Shown here: positions 32,978 to 43,313 of the stretch, piece by piece
Layout: each line of letters starts with the position of its first letter
How positions within the stretch are numbered: the stretch's first letter is position 1
Source: an uncultured Verrucomicrobiae bacterium
Lineage (GTDB): Bacteria; Verrucomicrobiota; Verrucomicrobiia; Limisphaerales; AAA164-E04
Assembly (NCBI GenBank): GCA_951813855.1
Contig: OX638380.1
Span: 4,685,797-4,749,796, forward strand
Length of the DNA stretch: 64,000 nt
Direction of reading: 5' to 3'
Translations under genes and position numbers: made by a program
Notes under the pieces: generated by a model
The model's database searches: none
Seen by the model: only the letters and a program-made list of their open reading frames with translations
What the model was told of the DNA's origin: nothing

Positions 32978-33527
32978 AAACCAATCGAAAGGCCTTCCCT
33001 ATGGCGTGTATGATGTCCAGGAAAACACCGGATGGGTTAGTGTGGGAACTGATCATGATACAGCGGAGTTCGCAGTAGAAACTATTCGCCGGTGGTGGTT
33101 ATCAATGGGACGTAAAATATATTCCGATGCCAAGGAACTATTGATCATGGCTGACGGGGGAGGATCGAATGGCAATCGTAATCGGTTGTGGAAAAGTGAA
33201 TTACAAAAATTAGCCGATGAGTTAGAATTGGCAATTACGATTTGTCATTTCCCACCGGGAACCAGCGAGTAGAATAAAATTGAACATCGAATGTTTTCAT
33301 GTATTTCACAAAATTGGAGTGGTCGTTCTTTAACCGATCATCAAACTGTAGTGGATTTGATCGGTAATACCACAACCAAATCAGGGTTGAAAATCGAATG
33401 CGAATTGGACAAAAACCACTATCCTACAGGAAAGAAAATTAGCGATGAACAATTCCAAGAATTGAGCATCAAAAAGAATAGTTTTCATGGTGAATGGAAT
33501 TATACGATAGAACCTAATAAAAAATAA
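32978..33527 (+). pseudogene. ISAzo13-b transposase, C-terminal fragment of an inverted copy (P2)
   Basis: Track ORFs 32928-33272 and 33291-33527. TGG is replaced by TAG (PPGTSE stop NKIEH). It ends at an inverted left-type terminus at 33570. Confidence 0.8.
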
Positions 33528-33573
33528 AATTAAATACAATCAAATGTTCAAGTTATATATGCGAGAGCCCTTA

Positions 33574-33980
33574 GGTCCCATTCGATTTAATTGTTCTTTT
33601 AATCGCAGGGCACTTTTACAGGTCCATCGCAGTGGATTTTCAGGGTCTCCTCGAGTCTCTGGTTCAATAAGGGCATCGAGATCTGACAATAAGGTCAAAT
33701 CGAGTTCTTTTAATGATTTCCGTCCCGCTCCTGTTTTCCGTTGACGTTCTTCATTGAGAACCTGACCATTTTTAATCTCCTTGATCCCCGATCGAATAGT
33801 ATTGCGACTGACACCGGTAGCTTCATGAACGCGTTCAATACCACCTCGACCAAGAGACAAGGCCTCACTGGCTAACCAATTACGTCTTACTCGTTCATTA
33901 AAGAGCCAACTCAGTTGGTTGTATTTCTCCCAAATAATTGATGTTTTTTCATCCACAATGCAACATAGCATAGTTTGCAT
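33574..33980 (-). pseudogene. ISAzo13-b transposase, N-terminal third of outer copy P1
   Basis: Sequence MQTMLCCIVDEKTSIIWEKYNQLSWLFNERVRRNWLASEALSLGRGG... continues the P1 fragment that stops at 31657. Confidence 0.8.
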
Positions 33981-34227
33981 GATTTTGCAAGTTTTTATTT
34001 ACTTTATATTTGCGAGCACCCTTAGCATAATCTGACACTCTTTAGTCAAACCGTAATCATTTGCCTGTCTATCGTTGATTAGATTTCCGATATCTCCGTT
34101 TTTACGCGGTAAACTTATTGTCGAATATTTTGGCCTGAGTTAGGGCGGTATGCCGTAGTTGAGTCTTGAATCATTGATTTTTTGCTCGGTTAGTTCGATG
34201 CCGGGAAATTCACGCAGTCAGTTAGTT

Positions 34228-35850
34228 TTAGCAAATCGCCTTCCGCAAATTTCTAAATTGCTTGGAGGCATAATAGCCGAGTGACCAAGCAAAAATAAAA
34301 CGGATAAGAAACCAAACTAGTAGCATTGTGATCATAAAAAATTCATCTATTGTGCCCTCTACTCTTAAATCAAGGATCATCATAAAAACAAAAGCATTAA
34401 TCAAATAACTTAATGGGAACAAGAATAGTTGAATTAAAAAATTAATGGCAAATAATAGCCAAGTTATTACCAAATGTTTGGATAGCCGCATGGCTAACCA
34501 AACCCCATAAGTTTGGATCGTTTGCAGTTCTTTAAATGACAATAGAACGGTTCCTATTAAAAAAACCGAAAAGTGTATGATAACCATGGGTTCTGCAAAC
34601 TTTTCTCTGAGAATCCAGATCATGAGCACCGAAAGAAAATACGTATAACCGCTGGCTAGCAAAAGCAACCGTCTGGTTTGGTGCCTTTTCAATTCTGATA
34701 ATAAGCCGGAGATTATGGATTTGTCATTTACAGGTGATATCAATAACAATTCCAACATCCCTGATTTTCGATCATGCAGTATTTGCCGAGGAGCTTCTAT
34801 GGCAGCTACCCAACGATTCAACAGTTCTCCAAAACCCAGCCCGAGGCAGCCCATAACTATGCTCAAATCAGCCAAGTCAAATGGCGGTGACATCAGCAAT
34901 ATAATTCCACATAGTATAATCCAACCCCAAGTTAGTTTCGCGATGCCTTCGATGATCGGTTGTTTTTTAGCGTTAGCCATGACCCAACTCCGATAGGGAT
35001 TGTCTTGCCAGCTAAGCTGGTCCCATCGCAGTTTTCCGGACCGTGTAATTCTTAACCGGTTAAGTTTGTCGCCGGGATTTTTTATAAGTTCAGCAGACTG
35101 TGGATTCGTCTCTTTTTTCCAAACGATTCGAAATGCGATATAAGCGGCCAAAAGCAACGTTGTCCCAGTTCCGAATATGGTTGCGACTGCCTCGAAATAT
35201 TTTGCGGATTGCATGTTATCGACTGAAAAGGTCGCTAACGACAAAAGCGGTCCGAGAGTAATGATCGTATCGTTAATGCGGACGCTTGGCAATAAATTGG
35301 CCAGCAGGAAAATAATCGGGTAGAAATAAAGCCCCAACATGGTCAGAAAGCTGGCGGTAGAAGAGGTTTTTAAGTCCTGAAAGATCGTCGTCCAGAAAAA
35401 ACCGACCGTCAATCCCAAAAAAGTCATAGTCCATATCGCGAGACAGCACTTCATCACGTCGTCCCAGGTAACTCCTCCGCTCAATAGCGGAAGAGCGATA
35501 ATCGGAGTGACGGCGAAAAGGCACAGCAAGTATTGCGAAATACCGGTGATCAGTTTTCCCGTCATCACGGCAATCGGTCGTAATGGCGTTAGCATGAGTA
35601 GCCCGAGAGTTTTTTCCCGGCGCTCTGAACTGATCGAATCAGACGTCGTGACGCTGGCTCCGATTCCGAATATAACCATCGATACGAACGTAACAGTTCT
35701 CAGGATGCCTTCCCCGTAGTTAGGAACATCGATAAACGGTAGGAACCAGGCTAAAAATATCAATCCGAGAAACACCATCCGCATCCCATAAAGAAGTCTC
35801 CGGCGAGAAAGCACTCGTAACTCTCGGATGACGATTATGCCGATATTCAT
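34228..35850 (-). CDS. polytopic membrane protein, ABC-2-type permease-like (540 aa)
   Basis: The N-terminus IVIRELRVLSRRRLLYGMRMVFLGLIFLAWFL and at least 10 hydrophobic segments fit a permease. The gene is visibly AT-rich. An ABC ATPase remnant lies immediately upstream. Confidence 0.5.
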   Translation of the reverse strand: MNIGIIVIRELRVLSRRRLLYGMRMVFLGLIFLAWFLPFIDVPNYGEGILRTVTFVSMVIFGIGASVTTSDSISSERREKTLGLLMLTPLRPIAVMTGKLITGISQYLLCLFAVTPIIALPLLSGGVTWDDVMKCCLAIWTMTFLGLTVGFFWTTIFQDLKTSSTASFLTMLGLYFYPIIFLLANLLPSVRINDTIITLGPLLSLATFSVDNMQSAKYFEAVATIFGTGTTLLLAAYIAFRIVWKKETNPQSAELIKNPGDKLNRLRITRSGKLRWDQLSWQDNPYRSWVMANAKKQPIIEGIAKLTWGWIILCGIILLMSPPFDLADLSIVMGCLGLGFGELLNRWVAAIEAPRQILHDRKSGMLELLLISPVNDKSIISGLLSELKRHQTRRLLLLASGYTYFLSVLMIWILREKFAEPMVIIHFSVFLIGTVLLSFKELQTIQTYGVWLAMRLSKHLVITWLLFAINFLIQLFLFPLSYLINAFVFMMILDLRVEGTIDEFFMITMLLVWFLIRFIFAWSLGYYASKQFRNLRKAIC

Positions 35851-35871
35851 CGCTTCGTTCCGGAGTCGAGA

Positions 35872-36256
35872 TCAATCCGTACGGGGCAAGCGAATCTCGT
35901 GGCGAGCCGGATGATCAAGGCCACGCCAGGAAAAATCTGAATCGCTCAGTCCCTTGCGGCCGGTCGGCAAAAAGATCGGCATTCGATCGTCTTTAGCCTT
36001 GATGCAGATAGCCATTTCGTTGCGATGATAAGGTTCGGTCAGCGAGAAATCAACTCTTCCCACCGCTCGCTTCGGAAAAAAATCGTTGTTCTGCTCCGCC
36101 GTCGCAAACGATTATCCCGTTTTCAAACGGCGACGTTCCCGTTTTCGGGCTCGGTCGGTGTTTTCCCGGCAGCTTTGTTGGACGGTCTTGTCGGAAGCTC
36201 TGCGGACGGCAATTTCTCGAGCAGTCGCATCGATCGTTCGGAGGGCATCGGCCTAA
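35872..36256 (-). pseudogene. ABC transporter ATP-binding protein, 3' remnant (frameshifted and 5'-truncated)
   Basis: Reverse-strand frames read ...DKTVQQSCRENTDRARKRERRRLKTG, then ...ENGIIVCDGGAEQ, then ...VDFSLTEPYHRNEMAICIKAKDD. This is weakly ABC-ATPase-C-terminal-like. No Walker or signature motifs remain, so the call is tentative. Confidence 0.3.
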
Positions 36257-36365
36257 GCGGACCTGAGAATTATTGTTCCAGAACCGGCGTTCAAAGCGCC
36301 TTGGAACGCGACGGCTGCGAACGGCGGGTTCCTTTCGAGCGAGAATCGTATCGAAATTACCCGAC

Positions 36366-37451
36366 TCAAGTCGTGGCGCCTCGGCAATCGGCGATCCAGG
36401 ACTCGACGGTCTCCAGGACGGCTTCCGGTTTCACTTCGCGCAATTCCCCGTCCCGAGGTTTGAATTCTACGATACCCCGCTTCAATGCCCGCGGACCGAC
36501 CGCGATGCGCAAGGGAAAGCCGACTAATTCCGAATCGTTGAATTTCACGCCGGGACGTTCGTCGCGATCGTCGAGAATCGTTTCGATCTGCCGTTCCGTC
36601 AACTGCCGGTAAAGAGTTTCGGCCAGTTCGAGACTAGGGCATCGAGGCGTAGCGTCCAAGGCGGTGATGCAGACGGTACCCGGCGCGACCGATACCGGCC
36701 ACCGGACTCCCTGATCGTCATGGTATTGTTCGATGATCGCCTGGAGGGTTCGAGTGACGCCGATTCCGTAACAGCCCATGATGGCGGGTTGTTGTTGTCC
36801 CTGACCGTTTAGGATGAACGCGTTGAGGCTTTCGCTGTATTTGGTTCCCAGTTTGAAAATATGGCCGACCTCGATGGCCGGCCGCATTTCGAGAGGAGCA
36901 CCGGTAACGGGGCAGGGTTCGCCGGCCCCGACGGTACGCAAATCCTCCCAGCGAGTCACTTTGATATCGCGTTCGATGCAGACGTTTTGGACATGCCAGT
37001 CGTTTTCGTTGGCTCCCGTAGTCAGTCCCTGACCGTTCTTGAGCAAGTGGTCTGCGATAATCTCTAGCTGATCGACTCCGACGCCCCCCAGACTGCACGG
37101 ATCGGCTCCGAGCGTTTCCCGGATTTCTTTCGCTTCGGCGGGGCGGTATTCGGCAGTGCCGAGCACTCCGGCCAACTTGGCCTCGTTGAGCCGGTCGGCA
37201 CCGGTCAACAGCAACAGCACCAAGCGGGAGGTTACCCGATAGAACAACAATTTGATTTGTCGCTGGGCAGGGACGTTCCATAGGGGTTTCGTCAACTTCT
37301 CGATGGTCCTGACGCCCGGAGTCGGAAATCGTTCGATGGCCGGTAACGTGGCGGCGTCGACGGGGCAGTGCGGCGGTTTCAGGGCGCTGACGGCTTTGTC
37401 CACGTTGGCGGCGTAACTCTTGTCCGGCGTGCTTCTATCTCTATTGCCAGA
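36366..37451 (-). pseudogene. proS: prolyl-tRNA synthetase, 5'-truncated (the C-terminal ~360 aa only)
   Basis: The reading frame opens at ...SYAANVDKAVS and continues through an INS/editing-like region. The class II motif 3 region is AIMGCYGIGVTRTLQAIIEQ and the anticodon-binding tail is DDRDERPGVKFNDSELVGFPLRIAVG. The N-terminal ~215 aa, including motifs 1 and 2, are absent. Confidence 0.8.
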
Positions 37452-37453
37452 TT

Positions 37454-37872
37454 ATGGGCGCTCACGAGCAGATTGGGCTGGTCGCCCTGTCGAGTTGCCG
37501 GGAATACGAAAGCGGGGCTATTCGAAAGCATGAATTCACGCGGCCTGATAAAGAGGACGACTGGGTGAGTCACATGGAGTCCTTGGAGGCTCAAACCGGT
37601 GCGGTGTTTTTGACCTATCCGGCCGATCCCGAACTGGATCGGAAATTCTCGGCGGTCGTTTCCCGAACGGTGCAGGTCGATTTCTCGTCGGAAGACGGCG
37701 TGAGGCATAGCGCCTGGGTGATCGCCGAAGAAGAGGAGTTGCGGTTCATCGAGGAACGGTTCGCCGAAATCCCTCGGCTCTATATCGCCGACAGTCATCA
37801 ACGTAGCGCCGCGGCTTCTCGGGTGGCGAAAGATCGGGCGGAAAAAAACGGGAGCGGCGGCTTTTTGTATAG
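37454..37872 (+). pseudogene. DUF1015 family protein, internal fragment
   Basis: Sequence IGLVALSSCREYESGAIRKHEFTRPDKEDDWV...DGVRHSAWVIAEEEE...PRLYIADSHQRSAAAS carries the YIADGHHR-type motif. The N-terminal ~130 aa are missing, and the 3' side is cut by IS21 at 37873. Confidence 0.65.
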
Positions 37873-38272
37873 CGCGACAATTACAATGCGACACTTGGGG
37901 CGTGAGACGCAAGTGTCATTGCATCGGTCGCGGGGGGCATTCTGCCTGACGGGGTTGGGACGGTCAAGCGGAAAGAGAGAGTCGATCTGCTGGAGGTCAA
38001 GGGTAGCGACGAGCATCCTGCGAAGGGGTGCGACGGTTCAAGAAGGGACCGACGCCGTGACGTTGCGAGCGAACTACCCGGACACGGGAGGTAACAATGG
38101 TTCCGATAAAAACTGCTTGGAAAAGAAAAATCGACTAGTCAGCTTGGAATAGGGTGTCAATCCAGTGCTGGAGCTTCTGTCTTCTGAGGCGGTCGTTCCA
38201 GTCTTTAGCTTCTTGAGGTCTCAGGCGAAATAATGTGGTGAATAACAACTGCTTGGGGAAAAGGAAGGGGGG

Positions 38273-39380
38273 TTATTTCTCGGGATCAACCTCGCGTCTG
38301 GAATGGCTCACCGCCGTCATTAGCGCCCTGTGACCAAAGTGCGCCGGAATGGGGGAGGATGACCGGGCGAGCGGCCTTCGAGGTCGGGCGTCAACCGTCG
38401 AACCTTGCTCCGCTGGTTCGGCAACTTCGGCGGCAGGCATCCGGATTCTCTTTCTCGTGGGCTGATGGTTCACTGAGCGGTGGCGACTGGAACGAGACCG
38501 CGGTCGAGTCGAGGATCGGGATTCCCGAGCCGTGAGAGTGGCTGGTGAAGAGTCGGTTGTGGCGGGAAGGTTGGCGCTGTGAGACGGCTCGGCAGCGCCG
38601 TCGGCCCGGTGGTGTTCCCAAGCGGTGCGGCACCGGTAGCTTTGGGTGTTGATCTCGAAGATGGTGGCGTGATGGACGATTTGATCGAACGCGGCGGCGG
38701 CGGTGGCCTGGTCGGGAAAGATTCGATCCCATTGGGCGAAGGGCAGATTGGCGGTGAGGAGGATGGAGCGTTGTTCGTAGCGATCGGAGATCAGTTCGAA
38801 GAGGACGGCGCTTTCTTCCCGGTCACGGTTGACGTAGGCGAAATCGTCAAGGATGAGGAGGTGGAATTTATGGAGACGCGCGAGCAGTCCATCGAGATCG
38901 AGATGGCGTTGGGCGACCTGCAGTTTCTGGACGAGGCTGGAGGTTCCGGTGAAGAGCACCTTGAGGCCCTGGCGCCCGAGGGAGAGGCCGATGGCGGAGG
39001 CGAGGTGGCTCTTGCCGACGCCGGGGGGGCCGAAGATGAGGAGGTTGGCTCCCTTGCGGATTCAGCTGTCTTCGGAGGCGAAGGCCTGAACGCGTGCTTG
39101 GGGCGGGGATGGGATGAGGCTGAAATCGAAGCCTTCGAGGTTCTTGCCGGGGAGGAGTTTGGCCTGCCGGGTATGTCGGTCGATGCGGCGGTTGTCCCTT
39201 TCGGTCAATTCGAGTTCGGCGAGGGAGAAGAGAAATTTTGACGCCCGACCAACCCTCCTGGTCGGCGCGTTGAGCCAGGATCCGCCACTCGGCCTCGATG
39301 GAGGGCAATCGCAGCTCGGAGAGCATGAGGGAAAGTCGGTCGGGATCGACGGCCTGTGGAGGTGTGGAGCGGATGGTCAT
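38273..39380 (-). pseudogene. istB: IS21 helper ATPase IstB, inactivated
   Basis: The start MTIRSTPPQAVD lies at 39380. A 1-nt frameshift follows QEGW (about 39235). An in-frame TGA replaces the expected Trp in SEDS-stop-IRKGANLLIFGPPGVGKSHLA (about 39064). Walker B is LLILDDFAY. The open frame then runs on to 38273. Confidence 0.8.
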
Positions 39381-40933
39381 GGCGAGAGGCGGTTGTCGAG
39401 CAGACTGGAGTACTGGCCGAGGTTGCCCACGGCGTGGTCTTGACGAGGAAGGGAAGGCTCCTGGAACGCAAAGCGAGTTCTCAGGGACTCGATATCGGGG
39501 AGGGAGCCGGTCCGGAACGATTCTTCGATGGCGTCGGCGATTTCCGCTTCGCAGCCGTTTTCGTGGGCCAAGGCAAGAAAATCGACGGTCAGACGGCACG
39601 CTTGTTTTTCGCTCACGGATACCTTCGTTTGATCGAAGAAGTGGCGATAGGCAGCTCGGGGAAAGAGATCATTGCGGTAGGTCAGACGTGCCAGAGCCAT
39701 GGGTTGGCGCTTCAGGGACTGGATGACGTGCCGATAATCGATGATGTTGGGACGGTGAGTCCGAAGTCCTCGAGGCAGGGTTTCAATCCTCGTCGCTCCT
39801 TGGAAGAGTTCGATCCGGTCATCGAAGATGCGAGCCTTGAGCCGGTAGCCGATGAGTCGCGAAGGCACTGAGTAGTAAATTTTTCGAATGCGGCAGCCGG
39901 CGGTGCTGGTCACCGTGACCATGACCTCTTCGCAGTCGCAAGGATTCGACGGCGGCAGCGGGTTCAGCTGGCCCCGTTCGGTCTCGATGTCCTTCGCCAC
40001 CCTGACGTTTTCACGAGCGACGATTTCCGCGACGAAGGTTCGGTAGGCGTCCAGGCACTCGAAATCCCGGGATCCTCGGAGTTCCAGCTCGCCTCGAACC
40101 CGGTCCTTGAGATGACGGTGGGCGCTTTCGATGGCGCCGTTTTCGTGGGCCACGCCCCGGTTGTTGCGGGACGGTTTCATCCCGTAGTGTTCGCACAAGG
40201 CCTTGAAGCGTTCGGTCAAGTCCTCCGCTACGTCCTGGGCCAGATTGCGGAAGGCAGCGGAGAGACTGTCGGTTCGGAGCTCGTGGGGGACTCCGTCCAG
40301 TTCGGCGAAGGCACCCTGAATTCCCTCGGCCAAGGCGGTGAAGGACTCGCCGTTAATGACCACGGAGACGTATCGGTAGCACGACCATGGGAGGCGAAAG
40401 TGGAAGTACCTGTGCCGGAGCGATTCTCCCCGGATGGTGACTTCCCCGGACTTCAGGTGGGTGAAGTCGGCAATGGAGAAAGTGCCGGCAGGCCGCTTCG
40501 TCTGCGGGAACATGACTTCTTTTTCCGCACCGTTTTGGGCTCGCCACGCCCGAATCCGCCGTTCCAGGGTTCGGCGGTAGTTCGGCTTGAATTCCGGTTC
40601 GGTGTTCCGCAAATCGTGGAACACCGTGATGGGCTTGATGTCGGGGCATCGCTCCAGAATGGGGTCGACCTTGGATTCGAAGAACATGGCCAAGGGATCC
40701 GGACGAGTGCGCTGGCGGGGCGGAGAATCCTCCGACGGTTGATTTCCGGCCTGGATCTTGGCCTTTTCGAGGGTCCGATAGCCCGTTGAGCGATGGATCC
40801 CGATGGCGGCGGCGGCGGACGCGACTCCTTTTTTCGGGCGCAATTGCATGAACGGTTTCTTCTGTTGAGGTGTGACCCGTCGTTTGGTCATGTTGGTTCT
40901 CCGTCTGCACACGTGGTCGTGCCGACGGGCCAA
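39377..40933 (-). CDS. istA: IS21 transposase IstA (518 aa; the true start is possibly MTKRRVTPQQ at 40891)
   Basis: An HTH (GVASAAAAIGIHRSTGYR) is followed by an integrase-core-like region (FSIADFTHLK...HELRTDSLSAAF). The ORF is intact. Confidence 0.85.
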   Translation of the reverse strand: MARRHDHVCRRRTNMTKRRVTPQQKKPFMQLRPKKGVASAAAAIGIHRSTGYRTLEKAKIQAGNQPSEDSPPRQRTRPDPLAMFFESKVDPILERCPDIKPITVFHDLRNTEPEFKPNYRRTLERRIRAWRAQNGAEKEVMFPQTKRPAGTFSIADFTHLKSGEVTIRGESLRHRYFHFRLPWSCYRYVSVVINGESFTALAEGIQGAFAELDGVPHELRTDSLSAAFRNLAQDVAEDLTERFKALCEHYGMKPSRNNRGVAHENGAIESAHRHLKDRVRGELELRGSRDFECLDAYRTFVAEIVARENVRVAKDIETERGQLNPLPPSNPCDCEEVMVTVTSTAGCRIRKIYYSVPSRLIGYRLKARIFDDRIELFQGATRIETLPRGLRTHRPNIIDYRHVIQSLKRQPMALARLTYRNDLFPRAAYRHFFDQTKVSVSEKQACRLTVDFLALAHENGCEAEIADAIEESFRTGSLPDIESLRTRFAFQEPSLPRQDHAVGNLGQYSSLLDNRLSP

Positions 40934-41030
40934 CTATCCACCGATCAGAAGAACTTGCAGCCTTTCCTGGGCAGGGTTCCCCAGACACCGGGGAATCCTT
41001 CCCTCCGATTTGTCGCATTGTAATTGTCGC

Positions 41031-42423
41031 TGTGTCGCAAAGTAATTGAGACGGAACATTCCTGGAACTGTTTCGGATGTTACAACGAAACGGAGTGTTG
41101 AAGCGATATTGGTGGGAAGACAAGCATTTTCTCGTGTCGATCGACGGCACCGGTGTTTTCTCTTCCAATCATCTTCACTGTGAACACTGCTGTCAAAAAC
41201 GACACGAAAACGGTGTGATCACCTATTACCATCAAGCCGTGGGAGCCGCCGTGGTTCATCCGGACCAGTCGGAGGTTATTCCGCTGGCACCGGAGCCGGT
41301 CAGCAAGCAATTAATCGGCTCGGAAGCCGACCCGGAGGTGGGCCCGAAGGACGAGAAACTCACCGACTTTCCATGCCGGTATACGGACCGTTACCGATGG
41401 GATAACAGCAATAAATGACTCATCAACGATGGCGAGAGCCGAGCCATCCGGCGGCTGGTCACCAGGCTTCATCGGGAACATCCCCGCCTGAAGATCGTCG
41501 TATTGGCCGATGGGCTTCAATCTAACGCCCCGTTTATCAAGCTCCTGAAACGGTATCGAATGTCCTTTATCATCGTCGCCAGACCAAGCAATCACGAACA
41601 TTTATTCGAGCTATTTGTGAAAGCGGATGAGACCGGTGAATCCCACCGGCTCGTATGTTGGGACCAAGCTGGCGTCAAGTATACGTATATCTGGGTGAAT
41701 CAACAGCCGCTGAACCAAGAAAATCCCGATCTTAAAATTAATTTTTTATGGTGCGAAATCGAAGCTCCGGGTGAAAAGCCGGCGATTTTTTCTTGGGTCA
41801 CGGATTGGGAAATCAATGACTCCAACGTTCAAAAAATCGCACGGGCCGGTCGCCGCCGGTGGCAAATCGAGGATACGTTCAATAGTTTGAAAAATCGCGG
41901 ATACCAGTTGGAGCACAATTATGGCCACGGAAAAGAACATCTCGCCACGGTTTTTCTGTTTTTGATGATGCTGGCGGTGCTGGTAGATCAAATGGAACTG
42001 ATCGCCTGTTCTCTCTTTAAACGGGCGCCTCAGATGATCGGATCGCTCCAGGAAGTCTGGGTAGAAATCAGATGCCATCTTCGCATGCATCGTCTCACGG
42101 ATTGGAACCACCTCTACCAGTTACTCGGGTATGGGATGCTCGACTTCGTGCCTAAACCTGCTGCCCCCACCTAGTCGGCGATATTCTGACCGAGATCGCT
42201 AGTCGGCGACCTCAAAAAAAACTCGATTTAGATCGAGCTCGGAGTGGTGCGTTCTGAGCTCGTTCATCTCTCGAGCGAAACGCAAAATAAATCACCTGAT
42301 CAAGGGAAAAAACGAAATTTTATCTGAAATCAGTCTTGAAAATCCGTTTTTCGACCGTATTTAACATATTTATAAATAAATTTCACACAATTACTATCTG
42401 GCCTGACTTCAGTGGGAATTGCT
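41031..42423 (+). mobile_element. 5'-truncated IS (DDE_Tnp_1-type, IS4-like), right end inserted in a permease gene copy
   Basis: The transposase ORF lacks about the first 100 aa. The right boundary is where homology to the permease gene resumes (42424). Confidence 0.6.
41050..42174 (+). pseudogene. IS4-like DDE transposase, N-terminally truncated with an in-frame TGA
   Basis: Track ORFs 41077-41418 and 41503-42174 are in the same frame, separated by a TGA at 41416-41418. Motifs are LVSIDGTGVFSSNHLHCEHCC, VLADGLQSNAPFIKLL and RRRWQIEDTFNSLKNRGYQLEHNYGHG. Confidence 0.7.
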
Positions 42424-43313
42424 GGTTGTTTTTTAGCGTTAGCCATGACCCAACTCCGATAGGGATTGTCTTGCCAGCTAAGCTGGTCCCATCGCAGTTT
42501 TCCGGACCGTGTAATTCTTAACCGGTTAAGTTTGTCGCCGGGATTTTTTATAAGTTCAGCAGACTGTGGATTCGTCTCTTTTTTCCAAACGATTCGAAAT
42601 GCGATATAAGCGGCCAAAAGCAACGTTGTCCCAGTTCCGAATATGGTTGCGACTGCCTCGAAATATTTTGCGGATTGCATGTTATCGACTGAAAAGGTCG
42701 CTAACGACAAAAGCGGTCCGAGAGTAATGATCGTATCGTTAATGCGGACGCTTGGCAATAAATTGGCCAGCAGGAAAATAATCGGGTAGAAATAAAGCCC
42801 CAACATGGTCAGAAAGCTGGCGGTAGAAGAGGTTTTTAAGTCCTGAAAGATCGTCGTCCAGAAAAAACCGACCGTCAACCCCAAAAAAGTCATAGTCCAT
42901 ATCGCGAGACAGCACTTCATCACGTCGTCCCAGGTAACTCCTCCGCTCAATAGCGGAAGAGCGATAATCGGAGTGACGGCGAAAAGGCACAGCAAGTATT
43001 GCGAAATACCGGTGATCAGTTTTCCCGTCATCACGGCAATCGGTCGTAACGGCGTTAGCATGAGTAGCCCGAGAGTTTTTTCCCGGCGCTCTGAACTGAT
43101 CGAATCAGACGTCGTGACGCTGGCTCCGATTCCGAATATAACCATCGACACGAACGTAACGGTTATCAGGATGCCTTCCCCGTCGAGTGCGCTGATAAAC
43201 GGTAGGAACCAGGTTAAAAATATCAATCCGAGAAACACCATCCGCATCCCATAAAGAAGTTTCCGACGGGAAAGCACTCGTAACTCTCGGATGACGATTA
43301 TGCCGATATTCAT
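42424..43313 (-). pseudogene. ABC-2-type permease-like gene, second copy, 3'-truncated by IS insertion
   Basis: Track ORF 42330-43313 matches the first ~297 aa of the 540-aa protein. It then reads into the IS end (...AIPTEVRPDSNCVKF). Confidence 0.8.

Larger units (their letters stand above)
30787..34021 (-). mobile_element. ISAzo13-family (type b) nest: an outer copy (P1) interrupted by a 1.9-kb unit
   Basis: P1 ends are GGGCTCTCGCATATATAAC (30787) and GCGAGCACCC (34012-34021). It is flanked by TTA at 30784-30786 and 34022-34024. Confidence 0.8.
37873..41030 (-). mobile_element. IS21-family element (about 3.16 kb)
   Basis: A perfect 20-bp terminal inverted repeat is present: GCGACAATTACAATGCGACA at 37873-37892 and its reverse complement at 41011-41030. 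istA and istB overlap by ATGA. No TSD is present and the two flanks are unrelated gene fragments. Confidence 0.8.
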
